Source of the DNA: Lama glama
Lineage: Eukaryota
Reading direction: 5' to 3'
NCBI GenBank assembly: GCA_028534125.1
Contig: CM052816.1
Span: 92,878,001 to 92,942,000, forward strand
DNA: 64,000 nucleotides
The position numbers and the translations under genes are program-made. Below the pieces are notes generated by a model. It was given only the letters and a program-made list of their open reading frames with translations, had not been told where the DNA came from and did no database searches. Of the stretch, positions 52,387-63,249 are shown one piece after another. Every line of letters starts with the position of its first letter. The first letter of the stretch is position 1.

Positions 52387-52543
52387 CGGATCGGAAGAAG
52401 GCCGCGATGTCGGCCAGGTCCTTGGCCGCCTCCTCGGCCCCCTCGCCGGCGCCACCCCCGCAGCCCGAGCCCGCAGCGCTGGCCGTGGCGGCAGGGCCGG
52501 AGGACGCGGCGGGGGCGGCGGCACCGCCGCTGCTGCCGCTCAT
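52387..52543 (-). CDS. TRIO: TRIO coding exon 1 (N-terminal 52 aa plus 1 nt of Gly53, preceding the SEC14/CRAL-TRIO domain)
   Basis: ATG at 52543 in context gcagccATGA. Translation MSGSSGGAAAPAASSGPAATASAAGSGCGGGAGEGAEEAAKDLADIAAFFRS-G matches the TRIO N-terminus as I recall it (continues GFRKNDEMK in exon 2). Canonical donor CCG|GTGAGT at 52387/52386; 157 nt, phase 1; inside a CpG island. Confidence 0.97.
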
Positions 52544-52930
52544 GGCTGCGGCGGCGCCCGCGGCCGCGCCCGGCTCGGGCCCCGCGTCCCTAGCGCCGCG
52601 CGCCGCCCGCTCCGCGCCCGGCCTGGCGAAGCCGAACGCCCAGCTGCCCGCGCCCGGCGCGTGGACCCAGAGCCCCGGGGCGGCGGCGGGCGGCGGCAGC
52701 GGCGGTGGCTCGGCCCGAGGAGCGCGCCCACATAGACGAGGACTCCGCCCGGGAGCCGCGAGCCTGCCGCGGGGCGGGGGCGCGGAGCCACGGCCTCGGC
52801 GGCGCCGGCCGGAGCGCGGGCAGCTGCGCGCGCCGCGCCGGACACGCAGTCGAGAGGGCGGGGGCCCGTGGCCGGCGGGAGCTCCGGGATCACGGGCGCC
52901 GGCGGCAGCCGCGAGCCTCCATCTTGATTT
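52544..52930 (-). other. TRIO: Putative TRIO 5' UTR (TSS approximate)
   Basis: Very GC-rich sequence upstream of the ATG. It is bounded by a YY1/Inr-like AAATCAAGATGG (~52919-52930) and an upstream polypyrimidine tract on the minus strand. The TSS position is inferred. Confidence 0.55.
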
Positions 52931-53038
52931 CAAATGGGGAAGGAAGGAGGGGGAGGGGGGAAATCACGGCCGAGGGACCCCGGGTGAAAGGAAAAGGGAG
53001 AGCAGGGAAAGGAGAGGAAGGAAAAAGAGAGGGGCTTC

Positions 53039-53048
53039 GGGAATTTCC
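53039..53048 (+). promoter_or_regulatory. NF-kB consensus site
   Basis: GGGAATTTCC, a perfect GGGRNWYYCC match, in the proximal promoter. Motif only. Confidence 0.5.
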
Positions 53049-53087
53049 GGCGAACATCGTTAGGGGCCGGAGCGTGGGCTCGGCGGT

Positions 53088-53130
53088 GGGCGGGGCCTTT
53101 GGTGGGCGGGGTCCGATGGAGGGCGGGGCC
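53088..53130 (+). promoter_or_regulatory. Three GC boxes (Sp/KLF)
   Basis: GGGCGGGG at 53088, 53104 and 53121, upstream of the inferred TSS. Confidence 0.65.
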
Positions 53131-53829
53131 GCGCCGAGCTGCCGGGCGCCCAGAGAGGCGTCGAGTGGCTGCGGGAGCGTTCAGCCTTGTTCGTTCTCTT
53201 CCTCCCGAGCAGTTGCAACCCTTGGAAGGAGCCGGAACGCTCTGACCAGGCGGGGCGGATCTTTCCAGGTCCGGCGTAGCGCCCCCAACTGGGTGCTCGT
53301 TCCTGCAGCGCGGAAGGTCCTCCGAGCGCTCGAGCTGTTTATTACTGATCTCGCCCTCGGGGCCGGATGACTCGGGCACCGGGCCGGTGTGTTTCTCGTT
53401 GGCGCAGCGTGGGCAGTGGCACGTAGACGGGGCTCCATAATAGTTGTTGAATGAAGAGGGAGATCGTGAAAACGGGTTTTACGTACTCCAGCCCCGGAAG
53501 GAGTGGAGCAAGCCTCTGAACACCTGGAGGACGCCTCCTCGCCTGTAAAATGAGATTCCGGACTCACAGCTCCTCCGGCCTTACTCCACCAAAACCTAGA
53601 GAACGGGGAAGGTGATGGTGGCTGGGGAGGCCAAAAGAAATGAGGGGTAGGTGACATCCAGCTTTACAGAAGAGCCGTGTCAAACCAGCATTTGACAAAT
53701 ATTCAGGTAGAAAACGCCTATGACGTGGCTACCGGAGAAGCGAGGAGAAGGTACGGGTGTTAGAGGTTAAAGGATCAATACGGCCGTAAACAAGAAGAGA
53801 CAAGATTGATTTTAAAAAACTGGTTAATG

Positions 53830-55135
53830 AAACCACTGTACATGCATACTGGAAATGAACAATTAAGTAAACAAATGGTGAGTGGTGGATACTAAATGTT
53901 TCACTGTTGGAGAGGGAGGCTAGAATGATCCACGCGGGACGGGATTGGAGTTGGAGACATCAGTATGAACTCACGTTTAGCTTAATATAGACACAGATGG
54001 ATATGTAAAAAGATTTACAGATATATGTGTATACGCAGCTTAGTACATGTACATATATTTCCTTCTGTCAGCTGGGTGGGTTTAGAAATAACACTACACT
54101 AGCAAGATCTTGTTATTAACACCATACTTCAATAAAAGGAACCCGGGCTCCCTAGGGAAATGGCTGACTCCTGGACTGTGGCAGGAAATATACAAGAGAG
54201 TCTGGAGCATCTTGTTGTGCCAGAAGGTAAGGAAGTGCTCAAAATTTTTCTTGTGTTAATCAACAACCAGAACAATGGTGGGGGTCTGTCAAAGCGGCGC
54301 AGGAGCCAATTGAAAGAGCTCCCAGTGACTAAAGCTGGAACAATTTGAGCAGCAAAATAAATAAAGCAATACTTAATTGTACCCAAGGTATGAAATAAAT
54401 ATCCATGAGTCCCTACTGATGTAATTCAATGATTGAATGAGCAAATAATTGAGAGAGAGGAGACAAATCTCTCACGCAGAAGAATTCCAAATCATTTATA
54501 TATGTAATTTGCCCTGAATGAAATGGAATAGAACTCCCTTCTCCTTAGCTATAGGCTGCAAGTAGTGACTTCCTTCCTAAGTACAAAATGGTAGGGGGGA
54601 GGGGAGAGTAACGTTACAAGGGAGAAACCTGACAAACACTACTTCAGCCACATGATCAAAGTTAACAGCAGTGATAAATCATGTGGCTGGCATGTACCCT
54701 TGATATGATATAATAAAAATGGCACTTTACCTCTGTGGTCTTCCTCCCCAAAACACAGTCTAATCATAAGAAAAAAATCAGACAAATCCTGGTTGAGGGA
54801 CATTCTACAAATGACCTGACCAATACTCTCAAAACTGTTAAGGTCGACAAAAATAAGGAAAGTCAGAAAAACTTTCATAGCCAAGAGGGGCCCAAGGAAA
54901 CATGATGACTAAATGTGATGTAGTATTCTTAAGGACCCTAGAACTGAAAAAGGACATTAGGTAAAACCCTGGAAAATATGAATAAAATATATGGACTTTA
55001 GTTCATAATTATGTACCAATAATTGTGAGTAATATGGGGAAATTTGATGTGAGATATGTGGGAACTCTGTACTATCTTCACAACTTTTCTGTAAATCTAA
55101 ATCTATTCTAAAGTAGAAGTTTATTTTAAAATATA
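53830..55135 (+). mobile_element. Old L1 3' end (L1MD-type)
   Basis: ggattggagttggagacatcagtatgaactcacgtttagcttaatatagacacagatgg, ctggagcatcttgttgtgccagaaggtaaggaagtgctc, ...ggaactctgtactatcttcacaacttttctgtaaatctaaatctattctaaa. Confidence 0.88.
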
Positions 55136-57514
55136 TTTTAATTGTATGTGCAGAATCTCAAAAAGAACAAATTCATTAGGTTCCAGTTTCACAAGCCATC
55201 AGCCCAGGTGTCCTGACAGTGTTTCTTTTTCTTATTTTTCTGTTGGGTACTTTCTATCTCCAGCTCCCATTCCTCCTCATGGCTTAATCCTAGTTTAGGA
55301 GAAACAATGTCTAGGGTTTCTTTGTCAGCTGAGTATCTTTCCCAATCTTGCCTTCTCCCCAGGGTTGCACCCAAGCTCCCAGAAGCACCGGTGATATAGC
55401 ATGGGGTGGGGATGGGAGATTGCACCCGGTCCTTGGGCATCATGGGTTCATGCTGGTACCAGTGCAGATGTGTGTCCCATATCTGTCTGTCCATCTCCCT
55501 GACACTCCTGCCTGGACTGCAGGCATTACCATGACCTTGCTGCTTTCTGCTGTTGCAGCCTCCTCACCAAACCTCAGGGTCTCTCAAGGTCTGCTGGCAG
55601 TCAGCACCCCTCCTGAGTTGCTCCCAAGCACTCAGGAAGACGTTCAGCTACTCACTGAGATTCTCAGTCCCACCCGTCCTCTCACCCCCACTCCCCACCC
55701 CAGGAGTGAGGCCAAGTGCTCTCTGCTTCTAGATCCCTCAAGCCTACCTAGACACAGACTTCCTTCCTCAGAGACTCAAATCAGGGTCTAATATGATCCA
55801 TTGTCTCTCCCTCAAATTGCAGAATTGTTGTTTCTTCTGCAGAAAGAAAACTTCACTCCAGGTTCTTCGAAATCTTTTATTTTTGGCATAACCTTTGTGT
55901 TCCTGGGAGACTCTGTTTTAAATTTAAAAACTCTTTCCCTCCAAGTATTTCCTCTGTGTCATTGGTTCTGAAAGTGTCTCCTGAAATTCAGAAGCCAAGT
56001 GCTGACTTCTTTCTTTCCCTCTGCATCCTTCCCATAGTAACCTATTCTGCTGGTAGTGAATACAAAGCCCCCTTTGCTGCCTAAATGGTGGAGAAAAGCC
56101 CAGAATTTTAAAAAAATAAAAACTACTGGGGGCCGAGGGAAAGACTGGATGTCGTGTAGCCATGGAAAGAATGGCAGTACCTTAGTGATGGTACTTGGGA
56201 TGCACGCACTGGAAAAGGCTGACTCCTGCTGGAGGGTTCTTGGGTGGAGGCAAGTTCTGGGCACTGGGAGCTGGCCTGAGAGGGAATGCTGACTGCACAG
56301 TAATGACCGCTGAGGGTGCTGGGGATCGGAGTGGCGAGGGAATGACTGGTGTGTGTTTGGACAAAAAGAGCTCTCTAGTGTGGAGCCCCAGATATCAACC
56401 AATGGTTCTATCTCAGGTAGAGTCCTTTTCAAGAAACGCTGTAGAAGACTTGTGTCTGTGGGTGGAATATATGGGAAGGCTCCCCCAGACTACAATAAGA
56501 GAAAGGCTGTACACAGGATTTTTTTCCTTATGCCATCTGAGCATGTGTAGGGGGAGCTAAAAGGGTTTCATGACAGCTGCTGTTGATCCTACCCCACTTT
56601 GAAAATTCAGCTCCAATTTCATCCCCTTTCCTGAAGCTGCTGCATAACTCAAATTGACCTCTCCCTTCTCTGTATTCTGGAGAACCCGTTGTTCTGGCAT
56701 TCCATCCTATACTGCATTGTATCATTTGCATCGTTTGTGTTTAATGTCTTGCCTGCAAGATGAGGAGATCCCTTGCAATCAGTGCACAAGCATCGGCCTA
56801 TCTCCTGTGTGCGTAGAGCTAAACTGGTCTCGAAGGCATGGGGCAAATGAAAAAGGAGAGAGCCAGCTGGGGGAGACACAGCAAGCTGTCTACTCGATAT
56901 CCTTCCTCTCCTTCTTATGAGTACCTATGCCCGGCTAATACACTGCATTTCCCAGCTCTGAAGGCCACGTGACAGGGTGCTGGCCAATGAATGGAGAGGA
57001 CTGGGCAGGGCTCACAAGAAAGAGTTCAGACACAGTGGTGCATGCTCTTGGCCCTTTGTCCTTTGTCCACTTCAGAACACAGAACACAGAAATGCTGGGG
57101 ATGAAGAGGCTGTGTGACTGTGAGAAGGTAAACATGAGGACAGAAGCACATGGTACAGATGGCTGGGGGGCTGCACCCCTCTGGGCTTCTTGTTACATGG
57201 AAACATACAAGAACAAGAAGACCCCGATTTAGTTACATGGCTGTACATTGAGTATTCAGCTTTGTGCAGCCGAACCAGCTCCTGGTGGATAGGCCAGGTA
57301 TAGTTTTTTATCAGCTCAAACTTTTCCACCAAGAAACCCTGAAGATGGAGGAAAGTGAAGAGGCAGGTGAAAGTTGTATCACTGAGGATCTTGGAGGCGA
57401 ACCCAAGCAGCCATGTCTTTGAAGTTGTCGGCTTTTTCTTAGAAATGCATTTTTTAGAATTTTTCCTTCTCCTTACACATCTGTATTTATTTCCATATGT
57501 AAATAATGTCTTAA

Positions 57515-57900
57515 GTGAATTAAGTCAGACAAAGACAAATATATCACTTATACATGGAATCTTAAAAAAAGAAAAATTCTGTTTACACACCAAAACAGAC
57601 TCATGTACATAGAAAACAAACTATGATTAGCAAAGGGGAAAGGGCAGAGGGAGGGATAAATTAGGGGTTAGGGATTAACAGACACACATGACTATGTATA
57701 AAATAGATTAAAAACAACAACAAGGGCCTATTGTACAGCACAGAGAATTATATTCAATTTCTTAAAATAATATATAATGGAAAAGAATTTGAAAAGAAAA
57801 AATATATGTGTATGTAATATGTATAACTGAGTCACTTTGCTGTACACTTGAAACTAACATTGTAAATCAACCACACTTAAATAAAAAATTTAAAAAAAAA
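57515..57900 (+). mobile_element. Cetartiodactyl/camelid-type L1 3' end, 5'-truncated
   Basis: taagtcagacaaagacaaatatatcacttatacatggaatc...gggagggataaattagggg...tgtacagcacagagaattatattcaa...tgctgtacacttgaaactaacattgtaaatcaac plus poly(A). Degenerate TSD aaataatgtcttaa / aaacaatatcttaa. Confidence 0.88.
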
Positions 57901-57920
57901 CAATATCTTAACTCACCGGT

Positions 57921-58404
57921 TGTTTTGGGTTGAATTGTGTCCCCTACCAAAAAAAAAAAATACGTTTAAGAATTTGACACAACATTGTAAAATGACTATA
58001 ACTCAATTAAAAAAAATACGTTTAAGTATTATCCCCTAGTACCTTAAAATGTGACCTTGTTTGGAAGTAGGGTCACTGCATATATAAATAAGATGAGTTC
58101 ATACTGGAGCCAGGTGGGCCCCTAATCCAACATAACTGGTGCCTTTCTAAGAAGATAGTCATGTGAAGACAAACACACAGGGAGAATGGAGGACTGGAAT
58201 GATGTATCTACAAGCCAAGGAATGCCAAAGATTGCGGGCAAACCACCAGAAGCCAGGAGAGACACAAAGAAGGATCCCCCCTACGTGTTTTAGATAGAGC
58301 ATGGCTCTACTGGCACTTTGATTTCAGACTTCTAACCTCCAGAACTGTTTTAAGCCACCTAGTCTGTGGTTCTCACAGTTGTGGCAGCCCTAAGAAATAC
58401 ACCA
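57921..58404 (+). mobile_element. MLT1C-like solo LTR (ERVL-MaLR)
   Basis: tgttttgggttgaattgtgtcccc...aatgtgaccttgtttggaagtagggtc...caagccaaggaatgccaaagattgc...accaccagaagccagg...tttcagacttctaacctccagaactg...ttaagccacctagtctgtgg. Confidence 0.88.
57971..58016 (+). mobile_element. Extremely 5'-truncated L1 3' tail inserted in the MLT1 LTR
   Basis: aatttgacacaacattgtaaaatgactataactcaatt plus an A run, flanked by identical (A)n-tacgtttaag copies. Confidence 0.8.
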
Positions 58405-59904
58405 GCTAAACTGGTCCTCCACATTTTTGAGTGAAACTGTCATTCTAGAGAGAAACGCATATGTTGATCTTATAGATAATATTTGATGAGTGTGTAAGAT
58501 GAAAAGAAAGAGAAAGAATCCAGAGGAATGTGGAGAGATCCAGGTTGAATGGTCTGGGGAGTGAATCAATGTTAATGAGGATGTACTGTGGAAGTGCCCA
58601 GAAGACAACTTGAGAGGCTTGACCTCTGGCCAGAGTTGGAACCCTAACTCTAAATTTGAGCTAAAGAGCATAAAGATACCTTGAGCTTTAGACTTGACTC
58701 ATCTGCCAAGGAGATGAGTGTTAAAGTGAACAGGGCCAAGGGCTGAGTTTTTATGCTGTACAGTGGGTGGCCCTGAGTGGCGTGACCTAAAGTGCCCTGA
58801 GAGTCCCCTGTTGGTCTTAAGGCATATTCAGGAGCATGAAAAAGGAGAGAAACAGACCCACTGGGGCCAGGGCATGTTAAGTTGGCTCACAAATGACTAC
58901 AAATGGACCCAGCTTCTTGGATTTCTTGGCTTTCCTTGATTTGGGGTGACCTCTACTAAGCCACTTAAACAGAAAGGTCCAAGCCACAGCCCAGCTTGTT
59001 CTGCTCTGAATCCATATTCACAAGTGTAGCACCCTAGAAGTGGCTGACTGACTTTGACAGGTGATTGGTTAGACTCTTCTGAGCCCCTTTACTCCAGTAA
59101 TTTTTTTTAAGTCATTGCAATAGCTCTGAATATACAAACCAAGCAAAAAGACGTGGTGTGGGAGGTAGAAAAGGGAATTAGGTGGCAATGAGCCTGGGAA
59201 GGGAACAGGGGATGGAATTAGGGAGCATATGAGGGTGTGTGTGTGTTCACCTGCTTATGCCTGCCTGCACTCGGCGTATGAGTTGATGAAGATCTGGATC
59301 TGGTAGCAGGGAAACCCAATAATAAAAATAGAGATAGATGTGGCTTTGAAAGGAGCTCAAATGTGAAAGTTGCAAGGTTTTGTCGTTACTGGTATGTAAA
59401 TGAGAAGATTGTACAGGAGAAGTAACAATGTCTACATTTGCTGCCTTGGCTTCAAATTGATCAGTGTTATGGCTCATTGCTTAATAACTGCTGACTTTCT
59501 GTCCCTGGCCAGTACCTCGGAGAATTTCAAATTGAGCCCCCAGCCCAAAATATGCAGAATGTGAAATTCTACCAGGTGAGAGTCATTCTTTCTGATCCTG
59601 GCCAACTTCGGGTCTTCAAGATTTCTCTAAGGGATAAATACTCCAGGGAGTGCTAACATCTTAAACCTTTATCACTTAATGCCTGATAGAGAGGATTAGT
59701 GGATTAGCCCAGCGTTGGCAGGAGTAATAAAACGGATAAAAGAAGAAAAATAGTGATGGAAGTTACCAATAAAAAAGCACCTACTTTGCTTTTGCCTAGA
59801 GCTGATCTTACTGCCTCTGTCTAGTGTGGACCCTGAGAAAATTCTGACCCTGGTTCATTTGCTAAGGTGGTGAAGATTTTATATTTTAGGGTCATTGATT
59901 ACTC

Positions 59905-59995
59905 ACTGAAGGCTGCATGGGCAAAGACCCTGAGGCAGCCCATTGTGTTTGGCTATTTGAAGAAAATAGAGGAGACCACTGTGATTGAGTGTGGG
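59905..59995 (-). mobile_element. L2 fragment
   Basis: gcatgggcaaagaccctgaggcag...tgtttggctatttgaagaaaatagaggagaccactgtgattg. Confidence 0.55.
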
Positions 59996-61789
59996 GGGAA
60001 ATAGGAGGTGCAATCAAAGTAGAGGAACCTCAGTAAAACCTCATAGGCATTTTGTAATTACTCTGCCTTATAGTCAGAAAGATCACAGGTGTGGACTATT
60101 GTATAAGAAGATTCTTCATGATTTAAGGTAGAAAGTTGGAGATTGTGTGGACTCATCAGAATGTTAGAAAATAAAACAGACGTTTATAAAAAAAACTTTG
60201 TGAAAGACAATTATGGAGAGAGCCCTAACTTGAAACCAGCAGCTGTCACCTCCCAGTGTGAAGGCTCCGGAAGATGCTCGAGGACTATCACACCGACTAA
60301 TGGGACCCGCTCCAGGCAGAGCTGACTGGGAGCGCAAGGATACCCACATGCAGAGCGAAAGCTGGGGTGGCCCTGGGTGACTGGCTTTGTCCCTGCTGCG
60401 AGCCCCTAGCACTGACTCAACTTCTTGTACAGCCACACCTCCGCGGACTCCTTTCCTCCCCAGACCGGGGGTCCTGCCCATGCACCTCACACCCAGCTGC
60501 CTGGTCTTAGGGACCTAGAGGCACAACAAGAAAACTACTTCTTAGAGAGCACCTGGGCTCTCTTTTTACTTCTTGTTTCCTTATCTCTGGCCTCAGAGTA
60601 AAGTCAGGAGCTACGCAAAGAAGCAAGAAACCTCAATCAGTGGATCGGATTTCTTTCCAAAACCAGTACAGTTGACTGTCTTCTTTCAGAGACGCCCGGT
60701 AGGTAGCATCGCGGAGGAAAAAGAAGTCCCAGTGACAACTAGTTTTTGGTGCCGTCTCCGATATTGACCAGCTGTGTGAACCCGACCAGTGAACTAGAGA
60801 AATGAACGTTGCAAGCCTGACCCTGGCCTTCAGGAGCCGCCCTCCTCCCCAGGAAGATCCCATAGGCAGTCATTGCTTATACCAGCCAGCCCCTGTGTGC
60901 CCGCCTCCATCCCCAATGCCTTCATGGGAGGGGTAAGAAAGGACAGGGAGACAAGCCAGACTGAACTCATTCCTACTTGAATTAGGAGACTTGGAGACAT
61001 GAGGCAAAGAACAGCGTAACCCGGCAGCAGAGGAAGTAAGTGCAGGGAGGGGCTGGAGGGAGACCCGCCAGGGTGCATACAGGTGGGGTGGCCTGTCGGT
61101 AGAGCCTATCTGAGAAACCTCTGGTGTCAAAACTCATCTACTGGAGAGCACCTTACTGGAAAGGAAATCCGTTTCAGGGGATGATTCTAGGTCACAAACC
61201 CTCACCGAGCAAATGGCTATGACTTTGGAGCAGAATTGGGGAGAGGGCTGAGAGCCTCTCCCCACATATTCATTGGAATTACTCTCCTCCCAGCCCTAAG
61301 TGTGCAGCCCATTTCTGTGAAAACCCCAAAACAGTCATGCACACTGTTCACCCAGTTTCAGCACTGGCTGAATTCTAAACCTTTCTCTGTTTGTACAAGT
61401 AGAGTTAAAGGTTCCGGAAAGTACCGTGGAGATATCTGGGAGTAATTGCAGGGCTTAACATTCACCCCACCCTGTTCAATGCAGCCCTCCCCACTGCTTC
61501 CCTCCCCTGTGTCCTGAAAGTACCTTTGACCACACCTCTCTCTTTCTGGATAAGCACAGTGACCTCAGTAACCCCCGAGGCACCCGTGGGGCTAGGCTGA
61601 GAATGGCACCCAGGTCTGGGACGGGGTCACATGTAAGTCAGGTCAGGGAGGGAGGGGACCTGACACCTTGTCTTTGCGCTCTACTCCCCAGCTGGCCTCA
61701 AAAAGCCACACTACAGAGGGCAGTGCTCACGGGAGGCACCACTGGATCACTGCCACAACACAGCCTTGGCTGGAACCCAAAGGCAGGTG

Positions 61790-62128
61790 CAGGTGTTTAT
61801 CCCTTCTCTGTGACTCCAAAATCCAAAAGTTCTGAAAACCAATGTTCTTTGTAACTCATTTAGTGGCAAAAACTGACTTAACATCATGTGAGTCTATGTG
61901 TATACTTTATCTCATTTAGAGCGAATCATGTTTTTGCTGCATAAATATTGAAGGATGTGATTTTGGGGGTGCTACCCAAGAGCTTCCTGGGGGTGCTAGG
62001 CGTTTTATAGTATACAAACTGTGTTGCCTTTCCATATCTGAACATTTTTTTTTAATGAACTTCAGAAAGGGTGAGAATTCTGAAATCCATCTGGTTCCTA
62101 AGGTTTTGGATAGGGAATTGTGGACATA
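61790..62128 (-). mobile_element. MER46C-like TcMar-Tigger DNA transposon
   Basis: caggt...atccctt...ccaaaatccaaaagttctgaaaaccaa...aactcatttagtggcaaaa...ggggtgctacccaaga...aattctgaaatccatctgg...aaggttttggatagggaattgtggac; about 340 bp with inverted termini. Confidence 0.82.
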
Positions 62129-62136
62129 AAAATTGT

Positions 62137-62845
62137 ATACAGGTGGCTGATAAGCACATGAAAAGGTGGTGAACATGATTAGCCACCAGGGAACTGGAAT
62201 GAGTTACCACCTCACACCCAATGGAACGGCCGTAATTTAAAAAAAAAAAAAAAGCCGCCAGAACCAAGTTCTGACAAGGACGTAGGGACACTAGAACCTC
62301 ATTCACTGTCGGTGGGAGTGTAAACTGGTGTAGCCACTTCAGAAAACTATCTGGCAGTTCTTCGAAAAGTTAAACACAGCCACCATAAGACCCAGCTACT
62401 CTCCTCCTGGATATATATCTGAGAGAAATGAAACTTATGTCCACACAAAAGTCTGTGTGCAAATGTTCATGGCAGCACTGTTCATGGCAGCCCCAAAACT
62501 GGAAACAACTCAAATGTCCCATCAATTGATGGATGTATAAAGAAAATGTATATCCGTGCAATGGGGTATTATTCAGCTGTAAAAGGAATGAAGCACTGAT
62601 GCAACATAGATGACTCCTGAAAACATTCTGCTACATGAAAGAAGCCAGTCACAAAAGGCCACAGATTTCATGATTCCATTTATATAAAAAATGTCCAGAG
62701 TAGGCAAATCCCTGGAGACAGAAAGTAGATTCGTGGTTGCCAGGGATTGAGAGAGGGTGGAATACACTAAAAAACACTGTGTTGTGTACTTTAAATGGGT
62801 GAACTTTACAGTGTGTGAATGATGTCTCAATAAAGCTGTTTAAAC
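62137..62845 (+). mobile_element. L1MB-type ORF2 end and 3' UTR
   Basis: ataagcacatgaaaagg...ggtgggagtgtaaactggtgtagccact...tatgtccacacaaaa...gaaagaagccagtcacaaaaggccaca...ggagacagaaagtagatt...ctcaataaagctgtt. Confidence 0.9.
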
Positions 62846-62921
62846 AGAAATAAATAAAAATTGAGTCTGATAGTTACAGCTGTGGCTAATTCAGAACAAG
62901 GCAGGAGAGTGTCAGGGCATG

Positions 62922-63249
62922 TGCTATGGACTGAATGTTGGAGTCCCTGCAAGATTCGTAAGTTGACATCCTAACCCCTAAGGTGATGGGAGGAAATGAA
63001 GCCTTTGAGCGCTGAATAGGTCATGAGGGTGGTGCCCCCATGAATGGGATTAGTGCTGTCATGAAAGAGGCTCCACAGAGCTCCCTTGCCTGTGAAAAGA
63101 CAGCCGTCCAGGAAGAAGAGCCTCACCAGTCTATCGACACCAGGATCTTGGACTTCCCGGCCTGCAGAACTCTAAGAAACCAATGCTTCTTGTTTATAAG
63201 CCACCTACTTTATAGTATTTTGTTGGAGCAGCCCGAAAGCACTAAAATA
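62922..63249 (+). mobile_element. MLT1A-like solo LTR (ERVL-MaLR)
   Basis: tgctatggactgaatgtt...taggtcatgagggtgg...catgaatgggattagtgc...atcttggacttcccggcctgcagaact...tttataagccacc...gcagcccgaaagcactaaaata. Near 5-bp TSD gcatg / gcatc. Confidence 0.9.

Larger units (their letters stand above)
51100..53450. promoter_or_regulatory. CpG island / TRIO promoter
   Basis: About 2.3 kb of very high GC and CpG density against a CpG-poor background, spanning exon 1. No obvious TATA box. Confidence 0.95.

Noticed and set aside
51038..53657. Many long overlapping ORFs (130-276 aa) on both strands
   Set aside because: They are Ala/Arg/Gly/Pro-rich products of a stop-poor CpG island. Only the 157-nt TRIO exon 1 has a recognisable sequence and a splice donor.
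55200..57350. Possible highly decayed L2 or LTR remnants upstream of the promoter
   Set aside because: The similarity is too weak to name or bound by eye. It needs RepeatMasker or Dfam.
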